The notes beneath the pieces are model-generated. The model saw only the letters and a program-made list of their open reading frames with translations, was not told the origin of the DNA and did no database searches. Shown piece after piece: positions 1 to 14,525 of a stretch of DNA of 64,000 nt. The position numbers and the translations under genes were made by a program. Within the stretch, counting starts at the first letter, position 1. Each line of letters opens with the position of its first letter. The stretch spans positions 84,506,001 to 84,570,000 of the forward strand of contig OZ024744.1 in the NCBI GenBank assembly GCA_964016885.1, written 5' to 3'. The stretch is from Eledone cirrhosa. Taxonomy: Eukaryota.

Positions 1-834
1 TAAAATAAGGGAAAGTACCTCTTCTACCGTAACACCGTGATCCTCGTTTACGAGCTCCGATGTTTGCTGAGTGAGACATATTGCCCACAAGTGGAGATAT
101 TTACTAAGCATCCTCGGAACATCAGACTCTGCAAGCAGTCTCCACTCACCTGACATTCCTGCGCTGCTCTGCTGACCACACTACACAGCATCTCATACCT
201 TTCAACCCTGTCTCTAGCACCGAGCCACCATCTAACTCATGGTTCCAGAGAGAAAAGCAGAATCTACACCCCCAATCTATGTGGCATATCTCAGCTGCGC
301 TCCGCAGACAAAATGGTGAAGGCATTGCCTTTGGTGAACAACCAGCCATACCTGCTGCATCAGCTACTCTATCTCACGAGTATCTATCCTGAGGTGAAAT
401 GCACTCCTGCCTATTTTGCAGAGGAAAATAGCAATTCAGAGACCCAGAACACAAGAGGTCCCGGCGGTGGCAATCAGCACGAAAAAGAAATGGTCGGTCA
501 AATTCCGACTAAAGGCATGTCTACCTCTTTTGTCTTTTTTAACCCACTACACACTTATGCCTAACCATTAATATATTTCCACTCTTAAAATCCTTACCTC
601 ATTTTTTTCTTTTGACCGCGATCCAATCAACATTTCTTGGATTATCGTTATCTTGAGGATTTAATTCAATTTAACTGGATTTCCGAACTCACCTCTACTT
701 ACATAACTGCTTCATGCACCAAACATTTACGTCTTCATCTTTCTGCATTGTACGCGCTCGCATGCACACGTACACATACGCGTGTGCAGACATCTATTTG
801 CTTTGTGATACACTACCACGCACATATACCAACT

Positions 835-971
<137 letters not shown>

Positions 972-2061
972 ACACATACACTTAGACATACACATACATA
1001 CATATCCACATTTCCGATATAAACACACATAATACACATACATACACTATAAACCTACAACGCCCAATAACCACACATACACGTTTACACTGATCTACAC
1101 ACACACACACACACACATACATGCTATGACTGATACACACAAACCCACATGAACATACTCTAAACACCACATATACCATTAACACAAACACACACACAAA
1201 CACACACACACACGTCTAACTCACGCATATATACACACACACACATAACAATTCTTTCGACACTCGCTCATAGACAGGCGCACACCTCGAGTAGACGTGG
1301 TTCCCCTTACTCACCGTACTCACACACCTGCATTACTGATAGTCCAGGAAATTCTCTGCCATTACAACTATATGCACACCCTCATACAGAAAAACATACA
1401 TCCCTACTTTCCTTTGCACATCACTCCCTCCTGATGATCCCCTATTTTTTTCATAACCTCTTCTCTCTCCTAACTTCTCCTCCACTTTCATTTTGCAAAC
1501 CGAAATAACCCGGAATGCATACCCGACTCTGCAAGAACATCGCCTGAGCCGGGACAGGATGACCCGGATTCCACTGACTTTCGGTCAAATGCATTACACC
1601 TATAGGACAATATACCTCAATATATTGCACGTTTATTTCATACATCTGTATATACGTATGTGTATATATAGATATATTATATATATGTGTGTGTGTGTAG
1701 ATATATGTGTGTGTTTATATGTATGTGTATGGTTATATTGTTTATATATGTGCATGCTTATAACAAGATGCATCATTTCATGTATGACCCATTCTATGAC
1801 CCATTGTGTATCTTTATATGACTTTGTGTATATATCCTATTTGTGTATATATATATATATATATATATGTAGATAAATCTACCAAGAGTTTACGGTAGTG
1901 TCCAATCCGTATGAAGAACTCAATGTATTCCGGATATCATGGAAAGAAGAGATGTAATGAAAATCCACTTTCGGTGAAAGATAAACGGTATACAGAGTCA
2001 AGATAAAATATTAAACAAATAATGAACAAACAATTCCTTATATTAAACAAAAAAAGTTCAC

Positions 2062-2206
2062 TATTTAACGATCGTTTCTAGGGTATATATGTGTTATAAT
2101 TGGTATGCATATTTAACAGATCTATGTACAAAATTATACAAAATTATACAAATTATCAAGATTAAATATACATACCTAACTCATATATACGCCGTCTTCA
2201 GAAATA
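2062..2206 (-). ncRNA. Type I hammerhead ribozyme motif with ~115-nt stem II (PLE1 3' end)
   Basis: Minus strand tattt-CTGAAGA-[gtatatatg/catatatac; ggtatgtatatttaa/ttaaatatgcatacc]-GAAAC-gatc-GTT-aaata; stem III palindrome AACGATCGTT. Confidence 0.75.
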
Positions 2207-2981
2207 ATGAAGTATATTTATTGATAATAACAACAATTCAAAATATCAGTTCAAAATTGACCAATGAAAACACAAAGGGTTAAAAGCAGTTTGGTGTGTG
2301 TATATACATGTAAAAAGCCTTACACATATTTTACAATAATGTGTGTATAATTTGTATGTGCATACTAAAAAGATGGATGCAAACACAAAATTTCAAGGTT
2401 AATATCTCTGTAAGCTTAATGCGCTGATAAGATACGCAATGATACTTATGGAGTCAAGCATATAAATATATTTTTTTCATACTCACACATATCAGTATAA
2501 TCACACATACATGTGCGTATATGCATAAATATACACATAACCACGAACATACAAACACACACACTCCCCCACTCACATTTATATATGTGGATATAAAATC
2601 ATAAGCAAATAGAAATTAAGTCACTCACATAAAACACTGGCACACACATTTCAAGATCAAGATACAGAAATTAGGTGGGAGGGGGGGGGGGAGGGGTCAG
2701 TATTAGATTGTCAGACCAGACTGCCTAATATAAATGTATCTATAAATTAAGAAAAATAAAAAAATAAAAACAATAAAATATAATAAATATAATATAATGT
2801 ACATACACATACAGATATACATACACATACATACATGTACGCGCACATAGAGATATCTACACATACATACATACACACATACCTATACAGTCATACACAC
2901 ACATACATTTACACGAACATACACATACACATATAAAAAGATATAAATACACACACACACACGCGCAACACATACCCACAT

Positions 2982-3032
<51 letters not shown>

Positions 3033-3177
3033 TAGACTCATATATATATATATACATATACATATATATATATATAAACATATATATCCACACACTCATA
3101 CCACCATAAATACACATACAAACACCCACATGTATATATATATATATATATATATATCCACATACACACACGTACAC

Positions 3178-3208
<31 letters not shown>

Positions 3209-3247
3209 CATATATATATATACACACACACATAAAAAACAGACATG

Positions 3248-3278
<31 letters not shown>

Positions 3279-3521
3279 TTCATTACTCTTATATATACAC
3301 ATAGTATATATACATACACAACCTCACTTATACACATATACACATAAGTTATATTACAATAATAATAAAGAATAATATATATATATATTTATATATACAT
3401 ATACATATATACATATATATATATATATACATACATACATACACATACATACATACACACAAATATATACATACATAAATACACGCATACGAATAAAGAC
3501 ATATATTCACACATAGACACC

Positions 3522-3553
<32 letters not shown>

Positions 3554-3555
3554 TC

Positions 3556-3605
<50 letters not shown>

Positions 3606-5345
3606 CACACACACACACACATACAGACACACATACACACTCACATATATATATATATATATGTGTATGTGAGTGTGCGCAAATACACATATATATACAC
3701 ACACATATACAAACACACACAAACACATACATATGCATACGTGCACACACACACACATATATCACATAGATACGAAGATAAACATATAAATAGAGAGACA
3801 TACAAATATATACAGAACCCATATACACATACATACAAACACGCATATACATATACATACATATATACACATATATATATTCCTATATACAAGCATACAC
3901 ATACATACACATATATACATATACATACACATATACATACCACACATTCACATACACATACATATATAATACATATATATACATATATATACATACATAT
4001 GTATGTACAATCATATATACACACTCAATCTTACATTCATATTTACATGCTCATATATGTATTTTTATATTTAGAAATAAATACCAAAACCTATATAGAC
4101 ACCCACCTACACATATATTCATACATATACGCTTACAAAAACAGATGATAATAGTATGGGGGAAAGGGGGGGGTTGGAGAAGGGGATCAAAGTAAATATA
4201 TGTTTCAAGAAACATATAATATTTTCCGTATCTTAATTCAATGTATGTTCTTACATATTTTCAGTGCTAGGAAATACGAAATCTATGCATCTCAAAATAA
4301 AAAAGTATACCATTAATCATATGTTAACTAAACCAAAGATAGTCAACATATTGATTTCCAAGGTGTAAATTAGTTAGGTTTATAATATTTGAAGCAGAAT
4401 TATGAAGTCAAACAGTAGTAGATTATTAATTACATTATAACTAAATTAAATTTAATAACGTTATGGTATCAATATTAGGAGATGAATTTAGTAATAGGGA
4501 AAAGAAACCCAAATAAAAATAAAATAAAGTATTACATCGGTAGTAGCATATAAATTATATGTTAACTAAATTAAAAATTATATATTTATTTCAATAGTAT
4601 ATGTTAATTAGTATATGTTAATTAGGTATACAATACATAAAGCAGATATTGTATTTCATCAATAGCATAATATAATTATATGCAAATAAAAATCAAAATT
4701 AATACGCATACATATACATATACATACACATACACATATATATACACATATACACACATATATATATATATATATACATATATATACACATATATACATA
4801 TATACTCACATAAACATACATACAGATACACATACACAACACACACATATACATATACATATAGATATACATATCTTTTTCAAAAAATTGCACAGAATAT
4901 ATTAACTAGGTATATATCCAAAACACTTCCCATTCTATGATTACATGACATTCTGCAATTCGTCTGTACAAGGATACTAATTTTAAGCAAATTAAAATTA
5001 AAGTTTTAGGTTGATTAAAACTAAAACCAAATAATAAATATATTTCCAAAATGTATATTAATTAGGTCTATAATACTAAAAATTCTTTCTCCGTCATTGG
5101 ATACATGATATTATTTTGTTATATTTTATCTGTAAAAGAATTATAATAAAAAAAATTATAATAAAAGGTTAAAATAAATTAAAATTAATCTATAAATTAA
5201 ATTACTGAGTATATATTAGTAATATTTAAAGGTTTTTCAAAATTTATGATTACATAATATTTTCTCATCTGTAATAAAATATTAATTAAATTAAATTTAT
5301 AGGTTAACTAACATTTAAATTAAATTAAATTCTAGAATAATGTTA

Positions 5346-7787
5346 TTAATTAGGTTTATAATATTTAAATGTTTTTTTTAATTTATGATTACACGATATA
5401 ATTAATTCCTGTCTTTTATTTAATAAGATATCCCTAGACCTCATTATTTCAAATAGTTCTTGGGAACATAATCTACATTCCTTTCTATTATTTTGATAAG
5501 GGGTGGCTCTTTTGAGCACACTCCAGGTCAAATCATATTTTATATTTTTATTTTTATAACTATTGATTTTTTCTGCTAGAGATGTTGTATTAGCCAGTGC
5601 GGCATTTTTAAAGCTATGTTTGTGGGTATTATACCTTGTCTTAAAATTGTTAGAGGTAGCTCCTATATATGAGCAAATAGAATCTTTAGTTTTAACATTA
5701 CATTTATAGACTATGTTGTTAACAAGACAATTCCCTTTTAATGGGCAGTTTGTTTTGTTTCTACAGTTACATCCTTTCGTTAATTCTGTATTTGAGGAGA
5801 TATTATTGTTAATTTGATGTACTGGTGGTATACTTATGGTTTTCTTACATTTATATGCATTATATGCACTTATATTTTGTTTTATGTTATTTGTTGTAGA
5901 GTATGAGAATTTAACTGTAGACCTATTTAAGATTTGATGGTATTTGTGGTTTGGCGGGAAGTTTTTCTCAAGGATATAAAAAAATTTTTTAGCAATATTA
6001 TCCTTAACTTGTAAATTAAAAGGAGCATTATACCAAGTAACTCGTCTATTACGGTTTCTATGTTGTTTATTATTTTTATTATTTTTATATGTTGTATCAT
6101 GATTTTTACTAGGAGGATTAATGTTAATGATCTCACCACAACTATTTTTAGTTATATTTGTAGATTTAGGTGTTTTATCTTTTTTATTAGGAGTTTTATT
6201 ATTAATATTTATTATAGTTGTATGATGAGTAGTTTTTTGAGGGTTACTATACTTTATATTAGAAGATTTAGTATTTTGGGGTATACTGTGGGTGGCATTT
6301 AGGTGTGTACTTTTCATTTGGTGTTTGTTGGTAATATTATGCTGTATGCTTTCAGTATTTTTAGTAGAAGGTATATACTCTAATCTATTTTTGTGGCCAC
6401 TTCTATCTAGAGCTTCATTATAAAAGGTCGCATTTTTATCAAATACATCTTGGTTAGAAGAAAGGTTAGAAATTCTAAGTGATATATTATATGTAAGGTT
6501 TTTAAGGATAGATTTAGGGTGATTAGATTGTGAGTGTATGTAATGTAAGTTTTGGTTAGGTTTATGGTAAGGTTGGTATATACCCGTAGCTAAATCTAAA
6601 GTTATATCTAGGAAATTTACTACTTTACTTGTTTTTTCAAAAGTAATATTAAGATTATAATAGTCTTTAAGGAAAGTTCTAATATGCTTTTTGTTTTTTT
6701 CGATTTCTGAAAGGCTAAGGTTGTTAGAAAGAAGAAGACAGTCATCACGATATAAACCACCTTTGAGGTGGGGAAAAGAGGCATTTATGTTGAAAAGGAG
6801 AAAGAGGCCCACAAGATCAGTAATTTGGGCGGAATCGCTTGAACCCATAGTAATATCAAAAAGATTACTGTATGTGTTTCTGGTCCAGTATTCATTCTGA
6901 AATTCAATAAGTGTTTGTCTAGCATGTGTAATAATGTTAATGTCATCCGAAGTTAAATTAGATCTATTTTTAGCAAATATTAATGCTTTGTTCAGGAGTA
7001 TGGGTGATATAGAAGAATAGTAATTATCTATATCAAATTGTAGGAAAGAAGCAGAAGATTTACACCTAATATTTTTAAACCAATTAATTACCTGGGAGGT
7101 GTTTTCCCAGAGTGGTAAAATAACGTATTTTCTTATTTGTGGGATGACTCTATCTAAAATTTTTTTGCTAATTATTCCAATATCTGATTTGGAGGGACAT
7201 ATAAGTCTAATAGAAGGATTAGAGTTAAAGTTAGATTTGTGATCTTTCAGGTTGAAGTGTGGTCTTTTCAATGCCAAAGGTTCAGTTCTATCTTCAATAT
7301 TTAGTTTTTTTACTATGTTGTGTGTTTTGTTGTTGATGTTGGTGAGTGACACATTATTAGATTTTTTATAATTTTTTCTGAGTTCTTTATATATGAACTC
7401 ATTATAATGTTCAATATCCATATGATACAAGTTACCAGTTTTGTCCGAGTGGACATGGATTTTTTTAGACTTTTTTAGGTCAAATAGGGTAGAATCAAGG
7501 TCCTTTTGAAAGACGGATTTATACTTTTTAAATTTGAGGTGTTTAATTAAATTAAAAAGGTCTTTCTCGAAGTCTTCAAGTAAAAAGTTGTGTGGTGGAT
7601 TCTTGTAAGTGTTGAAATCATACATATATTTCCGATCTGCTTGTTTAGATTTCCTATCGAAGTGGTAGGCTCTCCATCTAACCCTTCTGATAAAATTATT
7701 AGTTTTCTGAATCATAAGGAGTAAGAAGTCGTCCTTAGAAGGTATTGGTATGTTTTTTAAGGAGGTTCCTAAATATTGTTTTTCCAT
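5346..7787 (-). CDS. Intact PLE polyprotein, 813 aa: reverse transcriptase + C-terminal GIY-YIG endonuclease (Hydra-clade-like)
   Basis: ATG at 7787 (track start at 7808 is TTG). SLKNIPIP N-terminus, SDKTG, FDIDNYYSSI, ITMGS, YRDD, FLDITL, WYNAP, CNCRNKTNCPLKGNC, IVY..YIG..FKTRY..H, CRLC, LNKRQE..CNH; no stops. Confidence 0.93.
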   Translation of the reverse strand: MEKQYLGTSLKNIPIPSKDDFLLLMIQKTNNFIRRVRWRAYHFDRKSKQADRKYMYDFNTYKNPPHNFLLEDFEKDLFNLIKHLKFKKYKSVFQKDLDSTLFDLKKSKKIHVHSDKTGNLYHMDIEHYNEFIYKELRKNYKKSNNVSLTNINNKTHNIVKKLNIEDRTEPLALKRPHFNLKDHKSNFNSNPSIRLICPSKSDIGIISKKILDRVIPQIRKYVILPLWENTSQVINWFKNIRCKSSASFLQFDIDNYYSSISPILLNKALIFAKNRSNLTSDDINIITHARQTLIEFQNEYWTRNTYSNLFDITMGSSDSAQITDLVGLFLLFNINASFPHLKGGLYRDDCLLLSNNLSLSEIEKNKKHIRTFLKDYYNLNITFEKTSKVVNFLDITLDLATGIYQPYHKPNQNLHYIHSQSNHPKSILKNLTYNISLRISNLSSNQDVFDKNATFYNEALDRSGHKNRLEYIPSTKNTESIQHNITNKHQMKSTHLNATHSIPQNTKSSNIKYSNPQKTTHHTTIININNKTPNKKDKTPKSTNITKNSCGEIININPPSKNHDTTYKNNKNNKQHRNRNRRVTWYNAPFNLQVKDNIAKKFFYILEKNFPPNHKYHQILNRSTVKFSYSTTNNIKQNISAYNAYKCKKTISIPPVHQINNNISSNTELTKGCNCRNKTNCPLKGNCLVNNIVYKCNVKTKDSICSYIGATSNNFKTRYNTHKHSFKNAALANTTSLAEKINSYKNKNIKYDLTWSVLKRATPYQNNRKECRLCSQELFEIMRSRDILLNKRQELIISCNHKLKKTFKYYKPN

Positions 7788-8135
7788 TGTGATATGGATG
7801 ATGGACAATTGAAAGAGCTCAACTAAATGTATATGGGTTTACAAAATCATACATATATATATGTTTATACATAAATATAAAATTAATACACACATACAGT
7901 ACAAAAATACGAATATTTCCGTGAAAATAGGAGCAAAATTATGTAGATAAATCTACCAAGAGTTTACGGTAGTGTCCAATCCGTATGAAGAACTCAATGT
8001 ATTCCGGATATCATGGAAAGAAGAGATGTAATGAAAATCCACTTTCGGTGAAAGATAAACGGTATACAGAGTCAAGATAAAATATTAAACAAATAATGAA
8101 CAAACAATTCCTTATATTAAACAAAAAAAGTTCAC

Positions 8136-8280
8136 TATTTAACGATCGTTTCTAGGGTATATATGTGTTATAATTGGTATGCATATTTAACAGATCTATG
8201 TACAAAATTATACAAAATTATACAAATTATCAAGATTAAATATACATACCTAACTCATATATACGCCGTCTTCAGAAATA
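8136..8280 (-). ncRNA. Hammerhead motif, second tandem copy (PLE1)
   Basis: Same sequence as 2062-2206, 6074 bp away; about 350 nt upstream of the ATG of the intact ORF. Confidence 0.75.
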
Positions 8281-9052
8281 ATGAAGTATATTTATTGATA
8301 ATAACAACAATTCAAAATATCAGTTCAAAATTGACCAATGAAAACACAAAGGGTTAAAAGCAGTTTGGTGTGTGTATATACATGTAAAAAGCCTTACACA
8401 TATTTTACAATAATGTGTGTATAATTTGTATGTGCATACTAAAAAGATGGATGCAAACACAAAATTTCAAGGTTAATATCTCTGTAAGCTTAATGCGCTG
8501 ATAAGATACGCAATGATACTTATGGAGTCAAGCATATAAATATATTTTTTTCATACTCACACATATCAGTATAATCACACATACATGTGCGTATATGCAT
8601 AAATATACACATAACCACGAACATACAAACACACACACTCCCCCACTCACATTTATATATGTGGATATAAAATCATAAGCAAATAGAAATTAAGTCACTC
8701 ACATAAAACACTGGCACACACATTTCAAGATCAAGATACAGAAATTAGGTGGGAGGGGGGGGAGGGGTCAGTATTAGATTGTCAGACCAGACTGCCTAAT
8801 ATAAATGTATCTATAAATTAAGAAAAATAAAAAAATAAAAACAATAAAATATAATAAATATAATATAATGTACATACACATACAGATATACATACACATA
8901 CATACATGTACGCGCACATAGAGATATCTACACATACATACATACACACATACCTATACAGTCATACACACACATACATTTACACGAACATACACATACA
9001 CATATAAAAAGATATAAATACACACACACACACGCGCAACACATACCCACAT

Positions 9053-9103
<51 letters not shown>

Positions 9104-9248
9104 TAGACTCATATATATATATATACATATACATATATATATATATAAACATATATATCCACACACTCATACCACCATAAATACACATACAAACACCCAC
9201 ATGTATATATATATATATATATATATATCCACATACACACACGTACAC

Positions 9249-9279
<31 letters not shown>

Positions 9280-9318
9280 CATATATATATATACACACAC
9301 ACATAAAAAACAGACATG

Positions 9319-9349
<31 letters not shown>

Positions 9350-9592
9350 TTCATTACTCTTATATATACACATAGTATATATACATACACAACCTCACTT
9401 ATACACATATACACATAAGTTATATTACAATAATAATAAAGAATAATATATATATATATTTATATATACATATACATATATACATATATATATATATATA
9501 CATACATACATACACATACATACATACACACAAATATATACATACATAAATACACGCATACGAATAAAGACATATATTCACACATAGACACC

Positions 9593-9624
<32 letters not shown>

Positions 9625-9626
9625 TC

Positions 9627-9676
<50 letters not shown>

Positions 9677-11416
9677 CACACACACACACACATACAGACA
9701 CACATACACACTCACATATATATATATATATATGTGTATGTGAGTGTGCGCAAATACACATATATATACACACACATATACAAACACACACAAACACATA
9801 CATATGCATACGTGCACACACACACACATATATCACATAGATACGAAGATAAACATATAAATAGAGAGACATACAAATATATACAGAACCCATATACACA
9901 TACATACAAACACGCATATACATATACATACATATATACACATATATATATTCCTATATACAAGCATACACATACATACACATATATACATATACATACA
10001 CATATACATACCACACATTCACATACACATACATATATAATACATATATATACATATATATACATACATATGTATGTACAATCATATATACACACTCAAT
10101 CTTACATTCATATTTACATGCTCATATATGTATTTTTATATTTAGAAATAAATACCAAAACCTATATAGACACCCACCTACACATATATTCATACATATA
10201 CGCTTACAAAAACAGATGATAATAGTATGGGGGAAAGGGGGGGTTTGGAGAAGGGGATCAAAGTAAATATATGTTTCAAGAAACATATAATATTTTCCGT
10301 ATCTTAATTCAATGTATGTTCTTACATATTTTCAGTGCTAGGAAATACGAAATCTATGCATCTCAAAATAAAAAAGTATACCATTAATCATATGTTAACT
10401 AAACCAAAGATAGTCAACATATTGATTTCCAAGGTGTAAATTAGTTAGGTTTATAATATTTGAAGCAGAATTATGAAGTCAAACAGTAGTAGATTATTAA
10501 TTACATTATAACTAAATTAAATTTAATAACGTTATGGTATCAATATTAGGAGATGAATTTAGTAATAGGGAAAAGAAACCCAAATAAAAATAAAATAAAG
10601 TATTACATCGGTAGTAGCATATAAATTATATGTTAACTAAATTAAAAATTATATATTTATTTCAATAGTATATGTTAATTAGTATATGTTAATTAGGTAT
10701 ACAATACATAAAGCAGATATTGTATTTCATCAATAGCATAATATAATTATATGCAAATAAAAATCAAAATTAATACGCATACATATACATATACATACAC
10801 ATACACATATATATACACATATACACACATATATATATATATATATACATATATATACACATATATACATATATACTCACATAAACATACATACAGATAC
10901 ACATACACAACACACACATATACATATACATATAGATATACATATCTTTTTCAAAAAATTGCACAGAATATATTAACTAGGTATATATCCAAAACACTTC
11001 CCATTCTATGATTACATGACATTCTGCAATTCGTCTGTACAAGGATACTAATTTTAAGCAAATTAAAATTAAAGTTTTAGGTTGATTAAAACTAAAACCA
11101 AATAATAAATATATTTCCAAAATGTATATTAATTAGGTCTATAATACTAAAAATTCTTTCTCCGTCATTGGATACATGATATTATTTTGTTATATTTTAT
11201 CTGTAAAAGAATTATAATAAAAAAAATTATAATAAAAGGTTAAAATAAATTAAAATTAATCTATAAATTAAATTACTGAGTATATATTAGTAATATTTAA
11301 AGGTTTTTCAAAATTTATGATTACATAATATTTTCTCATCTGTAATAAAATATTAATTAAATTAAATTTATAGGTTAACTAACATTTAAATTAAATTAAA
11401 TTCTAGAATAATGTTA

Positions 11417-13474
11417 TTAATTAGGTTTATAATATTTAAATGTTTTTTTTAATTTATGATTACACGATATAATTAATTCCTGTCTTTTATTTAATAAGAT
11501 ATCCCTAGACCTCATTATTTCAAATAGTTCTTGGGAACATAATCTACATTCCTTTCTATTATTTTGATAAGGGGTGGCTCTTTTGAGCACACTCCAGGTC
11601 AAATCATATTTTATATTTTTATTTTTATAACTATTGATTTTTTCTGCTAGAGATGTTGTATTAGCCAGTGCGGCATTTTTAAAGCTATGTTTGTGGGTAT
11701 TATACCTTGTCTTAAAATTGTTAGAGGTAGCTCCTATATATGAGCAAATAGAATCTTTAGTTTTAACATTACATTTATAGACTATGTTGTTAACAAGACA
11801 ATTCCCTTTTAATGGGCAGTTTGTTTTGTTTCTACAGTTACATCCTTTCGTTAATTCTGTATTTGAGGAGATATTATTGTTAATTTGATGTACTGGTGGT
11901 ATACTTATGGTTTTCTTACATTTATATGCATTATATGCACTTATATTTTGTTTTATGTTATTTGTTGTAGAGTATGAGAATTTAACTGTAGACCTATTTA
12001 AGATTTGATGGTATTTGTGGTTTGGCGGGAAGTTTTTCTCAAGGATATAAAAAAATTTTTTAGCAATATTATCCTTAACTTGTAAATTAAAAGGAGCATT
12101 ATACCAAGTAACTCGTCTATTACGGTTTCTATGTTGTTTATTATTTTTATTATTTTTATATGTTGTATCATGATTTTTACTAGGAGGATTAATGTTAATG
12201 ATCTCACCACAACTATTTTTAGTTATATTTGTAGATTTAGGTGTTTTATCTTTTTTATTAGGAGTTTTATTATTAATATTTATTATAGTTGTATGATGAG
12301 TAGTTTTTTGAGGGTTACTATACTTTATATTAGAAGATTTAGTATTTTGGGGTATACTGTGGGTGGCATTTAGGTGTGTACTTTTCATTTGGTGTTTGTT
12401 GGTAATATTATGCTGTATGCTTTCAGTATTTTTAGTAGAAGGTATATACTCTAATCTATTTTTGTGGCCACTTCTATCTAGAGCTTCATTATAAAAGGTC
12501 GCATTTTTATCAAATACATCTTGGTTAGAAGAAAGGTTAGAAATTCTAAGTGATATATTATATGTAAGGTTTTTAAGGATAGATTTAGGGTGATTAGATT
12601 GTGAGTGTATGTAATGTAAGTTTTGGTTAGGTTTATGGTAAGGTTGGTATATACCCGTAGCTAAATCTAAAGTTATATCTAGGAAATTTACTACTTTACT
12701 TGTTTTTTCAAAAGTAATATTAAGATTATAATAGTCTTTAAGGAAAGTTCTAATATGCTTTTTGTTTTTTTCGATTTCTGAAAGGCTAAGGTTGTTAGAA
12801 AGAAGAAGACAGTCATCACGATATAAACCACCTTTGAGGTGGGGAAAAGAGGCATTTATGTTGAAAAGGAGAAAGAGGCCCACAAGATCAGTAATTTGGG
12901 CGGAATCGCTTGAACCCATAGTAATATCAAAAAGATTACTGTATGTGTTTCTGGTCCAGTATTCATTCTGAAATTCAATAAGTGTTTGTCTAGCATGTGT
13001 AATAATGTTAATGTCATCCGAAGTTAAATTAGATCTATTTTTAGCAAATATTAATGCTTTGTTCAGGAGTATGGGTGATATAGAAGAATAGTAATTATCT
13101 ATATCAAATTGTAGGAAAGAAGCAGAAGATTTACACCTAATATTTTTAAACCAATTAATTACCTGGGAGGTGTTTTCCCAGAGTGGTAAAATAACGTATT
13201 TTCTTATTTGTGGGATGACTCTATCTAAAAATTTTTTGCTAATTATTCCAATATCTGATTTGGAGGGACATATAAGTCTAATAGAAGGATTAGAGTTAAA
13301 GTTAGATTTGTGATCTTTCAGGTTGAAGTGTGGTCTTTTCAATGCCAAAGGTTCAGTTCTATCTTCAATATTTAGTTTTTTTACTATGTTGTGTGTTTTG
13401 TTGTTGATGTTGGTGAGTGACACATTATTAGATTTTTTATAATTTTTTCTGAGTTCTTTATATATGAACTCATT
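11417..13474 (-). pseudogene. 5'-truncated second copy of the PLE1 ORF (lacks the first ~128 aa)
   Basis: Same protein from NEFIYKEL onward, one I>F change (SKKILD/SKKFLD); truncated at the inversion junction. Confidence 0.92.
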
Positions 13475-13907
13475 GAATGTAAGATTGAGTGTGTATATAT
13501 GATTGTACATACATATGTATGTATATATATGTATATATATGTATTATATATGTATGTGTATGTGAATGTGTGGTATGTATATGTGTATGTATATGTATAT
13601 ATGTGTATGTATGTGTATGCTTGTATATAGGAATATATATATGTGTATATATGTATGTATATGTATATGCGTGTTTGTATGTATGTGTATATGGGTTCTG
13701 TATATATTTGTATGTCTCTCTATTTATATGTTTATCTTCGTATCTATGTGATATATGTGTGTGTGTGTGCACGTATGCATATGTATGTGTTTGTGTGTGT
13801 TTGTATATGTGTGTGTATATATATGTGTATTTGCGCACACTCACATACACATATATATATATATATATGTGAGTGTGTATGTGTGTCTGTATGTGTGTGT
13901 GTGTGTG

Positions 13908-13959
<52 letters not shown>

Positions 13960-13961
13960 GA

Positions 13962-13993
<32 letters not shown>

Positions 13994-14103
13994 GGTGTCT
14001 ATGTGTGAATATATGTCTTTATTCGTATGCGTGTATTTATGTATGTATATATTTGTGTGTATGTATGTATGTGTATGTATGTATGTATATATATATATAT
14101 ATG

Positions 14104-14136
<33 letters not shown>

Positions 14137-14474
14137 ATATTATTCTTTATTATTATTGTAATATAACTTATGTGTATATGTGTATAAGTGAGGTTGTGTA
14201 TGTATATATACTATGTGTATATATAAGAGTAATGAAATATATATATATATATATATATGTGCATGTCTGTTTTTTATGTGTGTGTGTATATATATATATG
14301 TATGTGTATATATATATATATATATATATGTGTACGTGTGTGTATGTGGATATATATATATATATATATATATACATGTGGGTGTTTGTATGTGTATTTA
14401 TGGTGGTATGAGTGTGTGGATATATATGTTTATATATATATATATGTATATGTATATATATATATATGAGTCTA

Positions 14475-14525
<51 letters not shown>

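Noticed and set aside
1-600. Possible LINE 3' remnant (RVSILR.NALLP-like peptide)
   Set aside because: Only one weak motif with stops; cannot be supported without a search
13475-13510. Start [12 protein letters not shown] of the 697-aa ORF
   Set aside because: Chance in-frame read-through from the inverted arm across the junction; not the element's N-terminus
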